Assembly (NCBI RefSeq): GCF_009914755.1
Contig: NC_060928.1
Reading direction: 5' to 3' (one strand)
DNA: 64,000 nucleotides
Source: the human T2T-CHM13v2.0 reference genome, Homo sapiens
Shown here: positions 27,586 through 42,818 of the stretch, one piece after another
Numbering within the stretch: position 1 is the stretch's first letter
Layout: each line of letters starts with the position of its first letter
Position numbers and translations under genes: made by a program
Notes under the pieces: model-generated
The model's database searches: none
What the model was told of the DNA's origin: nothing
The model's input: only the letters and a program-made list of their open reading frames with translations

Positions 27586-28156
27586 TGAGAAAGAGAAAAA
27601 CAGCCTCTGGCAGCTGGGAGCTAGCTTGGCATTATGAGCTGGGCCTTGATGTTCTCCTGTGCACATAAACTATTTCACAGAGCATCAGCGTTAGCATCAG
27701 CTAGGACCACTCTCTGACCAGGATGGATCCAGGCAAAAACATCACCACTCCAGAGGCATGTCTGAACCCAGACAGAAACAAGAACATTTTCCAAACCACA
27801 AAATTCACCAAACATCCTCTTATCCTGGCTAAAGTGAGAGGCTGCTGCTGCTTTACCAGTGATAGCTTTAGCCTTCTCTGTTCCTCCTGTCTTCTGGATG
27901 AGAATTATTAAGATACTGAGTCACAAAAATGCCACTGCTCCTGAAAAGCATCCCATCCAGAACAAAGCTTTCCTTCTTTGAGCCTTTTCCTAAATCACTT
28001 AGGATAAACCCCAATTCTGCCAGTTCTTTCTAATATTCTCTTACTGATGTGGCCCCCAGATCCCCATGATGTGAGTTGCCCCGCACTGGAACATTTCAAT
28101 AAACCAGTTCTCCAACTACAAGTTTCCTGGTGCTGTGAATCTGGAGAGCATTAACA
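27586..28156 (+). mobile_element. ERV1-class solo LTR (MER67-like)
   Basis: TG...CA termini (tgagaaagagaaaaa...gagcattaaca), internal aataaa near the 3' end; resembles the MER67 consensus as recalled. Confidence 0.7.
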
Positions 28157-29307
28157 CTATTATTATCCTTATCTCAGCAATGAAGGAACACTGAGTAAGG
28201 TCAAAACTACTGTTTGATTCTATATTTAAACCCAGTTTGTCTCTATTGCTGTCATTATTTTTGTTTTTGTTTGTTTTTATTACGTAGGCTCCGGAAACTG
28301 CTCTCTTAACCACTACGTTATACAGCTCCCTTATGGTTACTGCAAACACAGATAAATAATAAGATGAGAGGAAGTGACCGTCTACTGCATTACTATCACG
28401 TGCTACCTAAATTGATATGTTTTTCTAATTTAAATCTCACAACCCTTTCAAGCAACAATCCTTCTTTTACAGAAGCTCATTTCAGCTATTAAAGAAGTCC
28501 ATATTTAAAAATATGAAGTAATTTCCCTTTATAACAGAAGTCTCATGACTAGCAAGTTTTGAATTTTAATTCCACTGTCTCAGGTAATATACTCACATGC
28601 TTACACCACATTGGAATAGTTATTATCTGGAAAGGAGCTGAAGCAAGCACTGTCTTAGAGCATCGTCTGGTCTGGTATTGCTCCTTATTTCTTGGTAAGG
28701 TCCAGCAAGAAACACATGATCAGAATGCACCTTCTTTATATTTCCAACTGCTGTTTGTTCTTTATCACAAATATTAGAATTGGGGATGCCTTATCTCCTT
28801 CTTTATTATCTATTGAGATTGACTCGATTTTGAGAGTAGGTCAATTATCACGATAGAACTTTTAATCTTATACATATAATGGCTCTGACTTTAAAGTTTC
28901 TAAAAGAAAATTGAGAAAATATAATTAAATGTATGTTTCAGGGAATGGGGCCTGTCTAACTTATGATATCAATAAATGCTATAATAAATTATCCTTATTC
29001 TAAACAATTGCTGCCAGTCCTCTGAACTATGGCATGACGATAACTGGAGTATCTTGGGATCCTGGGGTGCTTCTATCCCAAGAGTATGTGAAGTCCTGTT
29101 TCATTTATTTTATATTTTTCTATACCAAAATCATTTTCCGAAAGACTACAAGAAGAAGAAAGGAAAACAGGAAGACCTACCATCTCAGACTCCTCATTTT
29201 TATGTGATACCAACTTTCAAAATAAGTTCTATTTAGGTGATAGATTGTTTGGTGAAAAACTACTTAAAACTGTATTTGAGCAGGAATTCTTTGTGATACC
29301 AAGGAGG

Positions 29308-29608
29308 ACTAGATAGATATCAAGTAAACTCCTGATTTAGAGATGAGAACTAGATAGATATTATTAAGTCAACTCCTGATTTCAGAGATGAGAACTCCAT
29401 AGATATTATTAAGTCAACTCCTGGTTTCAGAGATGAGAACTCCATAGATATCATTAAGTCAACTCCTGATTTCAGAGATGAGAACTCAATAGATAGCGTT
29501 AAGTCAACTCCTGATTTCAGAGATGAGAACTCGATAGATAGCGTTAAGTCAACTCCTGATTTCAGAGATGAGAACTCGATAGATAGCGTTAAGTGAACTC
29601 CTGATTTC
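29308..29608. repeat. 45-bp minisatellite, about 6.7 copies
   Basis: agatgagaac recurs at 29341, 29386, 29431, 29476, 29521 and 29566. Confidence 0.97.
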
Positions 29609-30365
29609 TTACAGTCTCTGCTAATCTGCTCACTAGCATGGCTAAAGGAAATGTTGAAATTTTAACTAGAAAGAAAGTATTTGACTATTTGAATTTTCAT
29701 ACTCTTGTTTAAAATGAAATAGTAGTAAAACATTTGGGAAATGTAATTAAAATTCTGGTTCTAAACATCTTCATGAAGATGACATCATTAGTTATGCCAG
29801 AATTCCTGGACTGATTTTTCAGATTAAGTGTTGTCATTAATGGGCATCAATCTGTATTGAGGAGGTTTTTTTTCCTGAAAATATAAACATTACATACATT
29901 ATGAGTGACAACAAATCTTCATGTCATATAGAGAACCATTTACACTTCATATCTGTGAACATTCATGTATATATTGAACAATGTAATTCTTAATGAAATA
30001 TTGATTTCTAAGTGCCATTTACTTATAAAACTTGAGTCATGATTTCAGTTTAAGTTGGACAACAAACTCCAAAAGAAACCCTGCAGCCAGTGTGTCTCAT
30101 GTTTTAGGAAGTGCCCAGGCAGCTATGTGGTATTTTTTCCAACACAGAGCACTCAAGATCCAGGTCCTGCAGATGAAATTTGTAGCCTTAATAAACATAT
30201 AGGGTTGTTGAACAGTAAAGGGGTTTATTTGTACTTTTATGAGTACATTTTTCTCTTTTGTTTACTAATGAACTAAAATTTTTCTGCATGAAAAAGCTCA
30301 ATATAGATGTAGAAATCTTTTAGAGACATGACAAAATGTACTACGTCAGAGCCACCAGTACTCAC

Positions 30366-30461
30366 GTTAAGTAGACAGATCACACAGACAGCGATCAGAT
30401 TTCACGTTCAAGAGTTCATCTTGAGTTACCGTTCTATAGACTCAGAATGAAGATCACCTCG
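30366..30461 (-). other. Candidate 96-nt non-coding exon
   Basis: Long minus-strand pyrimidine tract ending taataag|, donor aac|gtgagt; several CpGs; stops in all frames. Confidence 0.3.
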
Positions 30462-30834
30462 CTTATTAAAGGCAATAAAAGATAAAGAAAATAGGAAATA
30501 AGAAAGACTTGATTAAATGGCCATTTCACTGAATTCAGCATGAGTCCTGCACAAATTAGACATTTAGATTAACAGCTTCTTTGATTATTAGAAAGCCTGG
30601 AAAATGGGGTCTGACAGGATTATAGCATAAGCTCATTTATAATGATTCATTTTTTGGAATGTAGCTTTTTCATAAGCCAAATAGAAATTACACATACAAA
30701 TTCATATTTGGAATTTTGTTCTTATTTTTGAATTTTGCCTATCTTTTCAGGTGTCTGTGAACTCAAGAGAAGCCTTTCATTCTAGACATAGTAGTTATTT
30801 TCTAAATCATCTTTAAACTTATTTGCTGGAATAT

Positions 30835-31493
30835 TGTGGGGGTAAAGTGCAAACTTCCCCTTCACCATCTGAAGGTTTGCTAAAAATCAACAGGCAGAAG
30901 GCGAATTAACAGGAGAAATGGCATGCCAATTTGTTTGATCACAGTTTTACATGAAGAATGAAGACCCAAAGACACATGAGAAATTGTCCATTTTTATGCA
31001 ACACCAGACCAGGCGATGCTCTAAGACAGGTACAACAAAGTATGGACATGCGTGTAGAAATACGAGTCAACTAAAGGGTGTGATCTACTGCTAATAGGCT
31101 GAGTGGGGACACCCAGACTCTTCCTGGCCCCTGTGAGCAGCTTCCTTTCCTTCTGGTGTGGGGCAGGAACTTCTCTGGAATGGGGATCTTCTGACCCACA
31201 GTCAAACAAGGTAGGTCACAGTTTCTTTATGGCCAGTTCTTACACAGAATGGTGGGGGAAAGTTAGAATAATATTCTTAGGTTTTATGGCTGTCTTTGGG
31301 AGAAGGGGTTTTGGTTTCTCTGACGCACCTTAGGGAAAGAAAATTTCTAGTTTCTCTGTCTAGCCTCAAGAGAGAATGAGGCTCAGAGACATAAGGGCAG
31401 AAGAAAGTCAGGGAGGGTTTTTTGCCACTGAGCTTGCTTCTGAGGCCATCTCTGAGGCCTTCACTTTGGGGTGTCATTTTATGAGCCCCAGCA
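30835..31493 (-). mobile_element. ERV1 solo LTR (MER34/MER39/LTR48-group)
   Basis: Reverse complement starts tgctggggctcataaaatgacaccccaaagtgaaggcctcaga; TG...CA ends; perfect 4-bp TSD atat. Confidence 0.8.
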
Positions 31494-31656
31494 ATATCTT
31501 TCTAAAAAATATGGAAAAGGCTTAAAAGACTCAGGCCATTTTAGAGCTATATAAACTTGTATAACTAAGAATGGAGAATTGTTACTGAAAGATACTAGGT
31601 CTCTTTTTATACTAAATTTATAATACAGTGTAGCTCCCTCAGAAAGAAAAAGTGAG

Positions 31657-32825
<1,169 letters not shown>

Positions 32826-32829
32826 ACTG

Positions 32830-33447
32830 TGAAGGAAAGCAAAATATTTCACCCAAAATATATTTCTTTGGCATGCTTCAAGATGGCTATTCAGAGAAGC
32901 TGCAAACCACAGGAACAGATTTGGAAAGTTGTCTTTTTTATGGAACGTTTGCACATGTAGAGAAAAATCTACAGCAAAGTAAATAGCAGATACAAAAAGT
33001 CTTTTTCTAAGCCCACCCTTGTCCAAATGTAGGAAAAATACACAGGAGAGACCAAAAGTCTAATATTTTTAAGAGTCTGATGACAGGCCCCCATCTATTC
33101 TTTTTTTTTTTTTCTTTTTTTTTAAAGATTGCATTTTGCTATGTTGCCCAGGCTTGTCTCAAACTCTTGGGCCTCCAGTGATCCTCCCACCCCAGCCTCC
33201 TGAGTATCTGAGACTATAGCCTTGCATCTGTTCTTTTTGAGAGCTAGTGCTTCATTTGCATAACAAGATCAGCTCTGATTGACAACATTTCCTCCCCTCA
33301 TTCTCCCATAGCCTGTGAGGCTACCTCCCTGGAGCTCACAGAAACTTTGTCCTAGGCCGTTGTTCTTTGGGCTCATTCATTTCCCCTGAAAATTATTTAC
33401 TTCTGCATTCCCCATCTCTGTCCTCCCCAGTGAAGAGGGCATTTAAG
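32830..33447 (+). mobile_element. MER34-like ERV1 LTR (3'-truncated) containing a FLAM
   Basis: tgaaggaaagcaaaatatttcacccaaaatatatttctttggcat...gatggctattcagag. Confidence 0.7.
33101..33228 (-). mobile_element. Alu monomer (FLAM-like)
   Basis: Poly-T then ttgctatgttgcccaggcttgtctcaaactcttggg...gatcctcccacc; single arm. Confidence 0.8.
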
Positions 33448-33478
33448 CCAGACAAGGACAAAATAAAAAAATAATAAT

Positions 33479-33788
33479 GGCCAGTCACAGTGGCTCACAC
33501 CTGTAATCCCAGCACTTTGGGAGGCCAAGGTGGGCAGATCACGAGGTCAGGAGTTTGAGACCATACTGGCCAACATGGTGAAACCCCGTCTCTACTAAAA
33601 ATACAAAAAATTAGCCAGGCATAGTGGCAGGTATCTGTAGTCTCAGCTACTCAGGAGGTTGAGGCAGGAGAATTGTTTGAAACCAGAAGCTGGAGGTTGC
33701 AGTGAGCTGAGATTGCACCACTGCACTCCAGCCTGGGCCACAGAGTGAGACTCTGTCTCAAAAAAATAAAATAAAAAATAAAAAAAAT
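33479..33788 (+). mobile_element. Alu SINE (AluS) within L1
   Basis: Sense Alu dimer with A-rich tail. Confidence 0.94.
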
Positions 33789-34410
33789 CACAAGCCAATA
33801 TCATTGATGAACTTAGATGCAAAAACCCTCAACTAGTTAGCTGAAGTCAACAACACATTAAAAAGATCATTCACCATGATTAAGTGGGATTCAGCCTAGG
33901 AATGCAAGGATGGTTCAACATATGCAAATCAATAAACAGGATACATCATATTAACAGAACCAGAAGCAAAAACTGTATGATTATTTCAATAGATGCTGAA
34001 AAAATATTCAGTAAAATTCAACAATTCTTTATTATAAAAACCCTCAATAATCTGGATAGAAGGAACACATCCCGAAATGATAAAGACTATATCTGACAAA
34101 CCCACAGCTAACATCATACTGAATGGGAAAAATTTGAAGGCCTTTCCCCAGAGATCTGGAACAAGACAAGAAGGTCCACTTTCATCATTTTTATTCAATG
34201 TAATACTGCAAGTCTGAGCCAGGGCAATTAAGCAAGAAAAAGAAATGAAGGGCATCCAAATTGGAAAGGAAGAAGTCAAATTAGACTTGTTTGCAGATGG
34301 CACAATGTTATACTTAGAAAAACCTAAAGACTCCAGCAAAATCAGTTAGAACTGATAAATGTATTCAGTAAAGTTGCAGAATAAAAAATCAGCATACAAA
34401 TATCAGTAAC

Positions 34411-34701
34411 TTTTTTATTTTTCTGAGGCAGGGTTTTACAAATGTCACCCAGGCTGGAGTGCAATGATGTGATCTCAGCTCACTGCAACCTTCACCTACT
34501 GGGATCAGGCAATTCTCCTGCCTCAGCCTCCTGAGTACCTGGGACTACAGGCACACGCCACTGCATCCAGCTAATTTTTGTATTTTTTTGTAGAGACAGG
34601 GTTTTGCCATGTTGTCCAGGCTGGTTTCAAACTCCTGAGCTCAGGTGATTTACTGCCTCGCAAAGTGCTGGGACTACAGGAGTGAGCCACTGCATCTGGT
34701 C
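34411..34701 (-). mobile_element. Alu SINE (AluJ-like) within L1
   Basis: Antisense diverged Alu; TSD aaatatcagtaac. Confidence 0.93.
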
Positions 34702-35616
34702 AAATATCAGTAACAGTTTTATATGCCAATAGCAAGCAATCTGAAAAAGAAATCAAGAACACAATCTCATTTACAACAGCTTCAAAGAATATAAAACACC
34801 TAAGAATTAATTTAAGTAAAAAAGTGAAAGATCCACACAAGGAAAACTATGAAATACTGATGAAAAAAATTGAAGAGGACACGAAAATATGGAAGGATAT
34901 ACAGTGCTCTTGGATTGAAAGAAGTAGTATTGCTAAAATGAACATACTCAAAGTAATTTACAGATTCAGTGCAATCTCTATCAAAATATCAATAACAGTC
35001 TTTACAGAAACAGGAAAAAAAATCCTAAAATGTATATGGAACTACAAACACACCAAGTAGCCATGGCAATACTGAGCAAAGGAACAAAACTGGAGGCATC
35101 ACATTCCCTGACTCCAAAATATACTACAATGCTATAGTAACCAAATCAACATGGTACTGGCATAAAAACTCATGCATGCACTGATGGAACAGAATAGAGA
35201 ACCCAGATATCAACCCACACATTTACAACCAACTCATTTTTTACAAAGTCACCAAAAATATACAATGGGTAAAACAGAGTCTTTTCAAAAATGATGGTAG
35301 GAAAACTGGATAACCATGTACAGAATCATGAAACTAGACCCCTGTCTCTCACTATATACAAAAACCAAATCAAAATGGATTAAATACTTAAATCTAAGAC
35401 TTGAAACTATAAAACTACCGGAAGAAAACAATGGAGAAATGCTCCAGGACATTGGTCAGGGCAAATATTTTTTGTGTAAGATCTCAAAAGCACAGGCAAC
35501 CCAAGCACAGTTAGAGATACAGAATTACATCAAACTAAAAAGCTTCTGCACAGCAAAGGAAACAATCAACAAAGTGAAGAGACAATCTAAAAAATAATTA
35601 AAAAAAAAAAATTTGA

Positions 35617-35920
35617 GGCCAGGCACGGTGGCTCACGCCTATAATCCCAGCACTTTGGGAGGCCGCGGCGGGCGGATCAAGAGGTCAGGAGATCGAGACC
35701 ATCCTGGCTAACATGGTGAAACCCTGTCTTTACTAAAAATACAAAAAAAAAATTAGCCAGGTGTGGTGATGGGCACCTGTAGTCCCAGCTACTCAGGAGG
35801 CTGAGGCAGGAGAATGGTGTGAACCTGGGAGGCAGAGCTTGCAGTGAGCTGAGATAATGCCACTGCATTCCAGCCTGGGCGACAGAGAGAGACTCTGTCT
35901 AAAAAACTAAAAAAAAAAAA
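35617..35920 (+). mobile_element. Alu SINE (AluY-like) within L1
   Basis: gagatcgagaccatcctggctaac and gagaatggtgtgaacc...gagcttgcagtgag motifs. Confidence 0.94.
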
Positions 35921-36989
35921 AATTTGCAAACTACCCATGTGACAATATTAATAACTAGAATATATAAGTAACTCAAACAACTCAACAGCAAAAAAAAAAA
36001 AACCACAATAATCCAGTTTAAAAATGGGCAAAACATCTTATCAGTTAGTTCTTAAGAGAAAACAGATAAATGGCCAACAGGTATATGAAAAAAATGTTCA
36101 GCATCACTAATCATCAGAGAAATGTGATCTAAAACTGAGACATACTCTCATCCCAGTTAAAATGGCTTTTATCAAAAAGACAGGCAATAATGCATAGTGG
36201 TAACGATTTAGAGAAAAGGGAAACCTTCGTACATTGTTGGTGGGAATATCAACTAGTACCGCCACTACAGACAACAGTATGGAGGTTCCTCATTAAAAAC
36301 CTAAAAACTGAGCTACCATATGATCCAGCTCCATTGTACTGCTGGGTATTTATCCAAAAGAAAGGAAATTAGTATATTGATGACATCTGCATGCCCATCT
36401 TGATTACAACACTATTCACAAAGCCAATCAACCTATGTGTCTATCAATAGATGAATGGATAACAAAAATGTAGTACATATACATAATTAAATACCATTCA
36501 GTCATAAAAAAGAATTCTGTCATTTGCAGCAACATGGATGAAACTGGAGGTCATTATATCAAATGAAATAAGCCAGGCATAGAAAGACAAATATCTCATG
36601 TTCTCATGCATCTGTGGGGGTTCAAAAGGTAAATCTCATGAAGACAAAGAGTGTATTGGTGGTTACCAGGGCCCAGGAAAGGTAGTGGGGAGGGAAGTAT
36701 GAAGAGAGGTTGATAAATGGGTACAAATATACATTCTGACAGAAGAAGTAAGACCCAGTATTTGACAGAGCAGTAGGGTGACTATAGTTTACAATAATCT
36801 AATGTATACTTCAAAATAGAAGAAAATAATTTGAATATTTCTAAAATAAAGACAAATATTTAAGGTGATGGATAGTTCAATTATATTGAGTTGATCTTTA
36901 CAAATTTTATCAATGTATTAAATTATCACGTGTCCTGAAAATATGTACATCTATTATGTATCAATACAAAAATTTTTAAAAAACTATTC

Positions 36990-37690
36990 TGTACAGGACA
37001 ATGGTCTAAACACTTGGAATACAGGATTGACAAAGCCTTCTGAAATTTACTTCAGAGGAGGAAATATATAGTAAACAAATAAACAGCAAAATGAAAACCT
37101 AGAGACCATGTGATAAACAGTATGAGGAAAATAAAACTGAGTCTTATGATAGCTTCTAATGGAGCGTCATTGAGTGGGGTGTTATTTTAGGTTGAGTGAT
37201 GAGCAAAGGCCCTCAAAAGATCACATTGAACTGAAACAATATTGTCCTAAAAAAGAGTAAGCCATGGCAAATTCTAGAGAAAAAGATTTCCAAGCAGAGA
37301 AAATAGCTAGTGCAATGGTCTGGAGGAAGCAAGAAGCTCAGTATATTTGAGAAAAGGGGAGGCCAACTGAGCTCTGGCACAGAGAATGGAGGAGGGTGAT
37401 AGGAGATGAATTTAGGGAGGCAAGAAAGCACCCAACTCTGCAGTGGCCTGTGGGCTGTACAAGCATTTTAGATGCCAGTCCTTGGAGGAGTTTCCAGGCT
37501 GTGATAAGACCTTATTTGTGTTTTTGACAGAATTGGACAGAAGTCACATCAGGGAGACCAGAGACTAGAGTATTGCATCATAGAGGAAAGACACTGATGA
37601 CAAGACCTCAGGGGAGCAGTGGAACTGGAGGCCTGGGAGCTTGGGACGTGTTCTCCGGGTGAAGTTGGCTGGCCAGCTGATGACCTACAC
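36990..37690 (-). mobile_element. L2 fragment
   Basis: Degenerate purine-rich L2 body (aaaagatttccaagcagagaaaatagc..., gggtgataggagatgaa...). Confidence 0.5.
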
Positions 37691-39014
37691 CAGTGCCATT
37701 CACTCCTCATGTGTCCCCCGGGAATTCATAGTGTGTGTCATCAGGTAAAAGCAACACTACTTTCAGATGTTTTCTGATCTCTTTGAGATCTGGACAACAC
37801 TACTGTGTACATATGGCCAGCAACAAATTACACTCAATGAATATTTTAGAGAGCAGCAAAGTAATCAATTAAAATGTGGGTAAACAAAAATCACTGTGAT
37901 CACAGCTCTGTCTACATGGTTCTTTGGTAAAAAATTAGAATCCTGGGGATTAGTCTGAGGATAAATATTATTTAAAAAGCATTTTGGTTAAATAGTAATT
38001 AGTAAATTTTGCTCTGCCGAAAAATCATATATATTGACAATAAATTTTGTCAAATTTATTAATAACCAGTCTGAAACTCTATAAAGATGAATCCTCAAAA
38101 TATGGATATAAAAGAAGGGTTTAGTTTTGTTTTATTTTCAGACAGCTATTTTTAAAAAAATAGTAAAAATGTCAAAACAATCTGGTTTTATTTTATTATA
38201 AATTACAAAGAAAAAAATACTTCCCTTTTTGTTGTTGAGCTTATCTATTCACAAACACAGAAAGTAGCAAAAGAGGTTTTTGATAGCACGCCATCCCCCA
38301 TTTAAAATACATTTAAAGACATCCAATAATCATCATCATTTAGAAGGAATCCATCAAAACGTTTCCTATTAATACTCATTTTATTAGTTCAGCTGAATGG
38401 AAACAGTAGCATGCTTACATTTAAGAAAGTTCATTATGGGTTCGTTTTCTTTTTAACAAGAAAGGGGAAACAAAATAATGCCCAAACACACAGTGTTGCT
38501 GGAGTCAAAACAAAGAAAATTCATCAAAGCATCTATGAGAGCTATCCTGGGATAATCTATTCTAGAGAAGACAATACAAATTGGCTGCAATTGACAGGTC
38601 GTAAGTTCCTGGGGGAAAGTCATTATAAGCACATCATAGCACATTTGGCCGATTGCTCAGTGTTCCACACACTGACATCAAGAACACATTTCCAATCCAT
38701 ATTCTGATTGGTTAAATGTGGTTTAGGCAGCCTTTCAGCTTTCAGAGAAATGGTCAAATTCTTTCTTTTCAAAATTCCCAGGCCAAGTCATAATAATGTA
38801 CTGATCTCATGGAAGTATTCCTGCAGTAATCACTTCGAGTTCCTTCGTTGTGCCTCCACTGCTCTTTCATTCAGCAATTGCCGTTTTGTGTGTTATCATA
38901 GAAGAATAACAAAGAATTAGACTCATGACTCTGAACAGAGGCTTGCTTTTTACATGAGTATTATTATTTCATCCTTGGAAATCCTGGAAAACTTCTTACT
39001 ATTTTGGATACTAG

Positions 39015-39602
<588 letters not shown>

Positions 39603-40314
39603 TGAGCACCAGCACGGAGATCGGAGCCCCGTGTTACTTGTACGTGAAGGTGTCAGTGCCTGAGTGTGCTAGTGCTGCTGATACTCACACCAAATAGCAA
39701 ACAAGAGCCGGCAATCTAACCTGTTAAAAATAATAGGCAAATGGGAAGAGAGGACTGAGGAATCTCCTTGAAGTTTCCCTTCACTGATGGGTGCTAAAGA
39801 TGTATGCCTTGGGGTTTTTTAGATGACATCGATGTAATCCCCTTCAAAAATAGTGACGGAAGAACAGACTTCTTCACCTTATTAATTTCCTGCGGCATCA
39901 AAGTCCCTTTGAGAGTCTTTCTGTTCCAATTTTTCCTCAAGTTCACAAAATGTTGGCTGTCAGCGTTATTGTGGGTTAAGACAGAAGGTCCTCCTTTCCT
40001 GACCCCAGAGATCCCAGATCATCCCAGTGTTTGTTTATTTTCTAAAATGTCCATTTTGCTTAGAAATAAACACAAATTGGTGACATTTATTCCTTGCACT
40101 ATCTTCTAACAATTTATTCTAGGTTTACTAATTCTCATGATGTTCTGCTAGAGAAATATGAAGAGGCAATTTACTTGTGTAGAAATGTGAGTCAAATCAA
40201 GTGAATATTATCATTGTCAGATTCAGCATTTATCAGTCTTCCCTCACAAGATTCAGAGAGTTCTTTTTCTGTTCAGTTTGGTAATAAGAGAAGTTATAAT
40301 CAATTTGGTCATAA

Positions 40315-40671
<357 letters not shown>

Positions 40672-42445
40672 TAAATATTCTTTAAATATGTGTGACTTTG
40701 GAGGAAAGGGAATCGGATGGGTTAAAATATGTGAAGTTCATTGTCAACTGTTATCCTTGAGAAATATTTAAGCTTCCCTTAATGTTGTGTCTTAAATGAC
40801 ACATAATAATCCAGGAAGGGATTTTTATGACCATAATGGGTTTTTAGCTTAATTTTAGGTAGCAAAGAGAAACATCTGCTATGGAAAAAGCTTAATTGAT
40901 TTTTATCTGATGTCACGAAGCTGCTACGAGGCACCATCACCAGCAGGTGGGTGCTGATTACGCCCTGTGCCGAGGACTCCGTTTTATGAAAAACATCAAT
41001 CCTGCCATCTAAGAGGAGAAGACATGCTCAATAAGTTTATCTCTGCCTCCCTACCCATGTTCAACAAGGTATCCCAGAAGAACTTAAAAGCTATTTACTC
41101 TGGATTATAATAGATCCTCTTGACATTCTGTAACTGGTGAAGCCATGGGAGAGTCCTGGCTTAATTATAAACAACCACAAAGTTATCATCAGTGCTACCT
41201 GGCTACAAATTGTTTCTTGCAGAGAAAATTTTTAGCTATTTAAGTCCCACGAAAGTAAATTTGGGGGCTGAAAATTTTTAATAAGTATTTAAACAGCAGA
41301 CCTTCAATTTCTCTAGACCCAGTGAAAACAGAAAACAGGATGGAGTATTTGCTTGCCATGAACCTTTCCTCCCACAACAACTGTGCATTTTAGGAAGTCA
41401 GTAGTAACTAGCTTATAAAATACAGAGCTCTGGAAATCATATGCCTCATCAGACTGTAGCTAATGGGGAAGACACACTACTTCCTGTATTTCAAACAATA
41501 AAAACCATGATGTAATAAAGAGCAAGTTTATCCTGAGGATAGAAAGTAGCCCTTACATAAATGAGTAAATCAGTAAAATAAAACAAAAAGTACCCCTCAA
41601 CAAATAAAATACTTTTCTTTAAACTTATAATTTGGGAAATTATCTTAATGTTAATCACTGCTTAATAATTTTTAATTAGCATCTGCAAAAATGTAATTTA
41701 ATTTTAAGTTAGAGATTTCTTGGTACTTTAAAACTAATTAAATATTTAATTATGTTGTTTGATACCCACATATTACATAAGAAATGTCAGTTTATTTGTT
41801 AAATGTCTCACACTGAAAATCTCGGTTAGCACATTCTTTTGAGTTTTATGTTTTTAAAGCAATATTTGCAAAAGAATTTCTCAAAAAAAGTCAGTACTGT
41901 TTCTGGACAGTTCATGAATCATCTAATGGAAGATCTTAGAGCTGATATTTGTACCAGAAAAGATGTTACACCTAAAGGTGCTCATTACTTTATTCAATGG
42001 ACAAGAGAAATAAATATTATCTTACAGGTATTATAGAAATCTTTATCTATTTCACTTTCTCTCCCTGTCCTAGATAAACCCACACACACACACACTAGCA
42101 ATGTAAAATCCAAATATATTTTTATTCAAACACGTTAAATCAAGCAACAGAATTCTAGTACAGTTTTGCTGTATTGGTCATGTCTGGCATACAAAAAATG
42201 TTTAAGTCTTCAAAATTATTCTGGTATCATATCTGTGATCCCAATACTCAACTGGGTTTCTATAAATATACCAGTAAATATTCGTTGGCTACTAACTAGG
42301 TGTCTTTTTTTGTGCTAAGATTTGTGAAGGATGAGAAAGTATTCTGGAGAGGCATACTAAACATTATAAACACTTCCTGATAATAATTTCTAAAGCACGA
42401 TCAGAGCTGTCCGTCATCATATAAAGATGGTTAAAAAAAAAAATC

Positions 42446-42818
<373 letters not shown>

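Larger units (their letters stand above)
33448..36983 (+). mobile_element. 5'-truncated L1MA-type LINE (degraded ORF2 plus 3' UTR) with three Alu insertions
   Basis: ORF2 RT-region peptides ([28 protein letters not shown]; KLDP.LS.YTK..SKWIK.LNLR.ETIK); L1MA-like 3' end at about 36980. Confidence 0.9.

Noticed and set aside
29308-29608. CRISPR-like appearance of regularly spaced repeats (also 18171-18365 and 54295-54480)
   Set aside because: Units are contiguous with no unique spacers, there are no cas genes, and the context is primate DNA; these are minisatellites.
33448-36983. Reverse-transcriptase-like ORF fragments (also 61517-63415) as an active or novel RT system
   Set aside because: They are fragmented L1 ORF2 relics with stops, frameshifts and Alu insertions.
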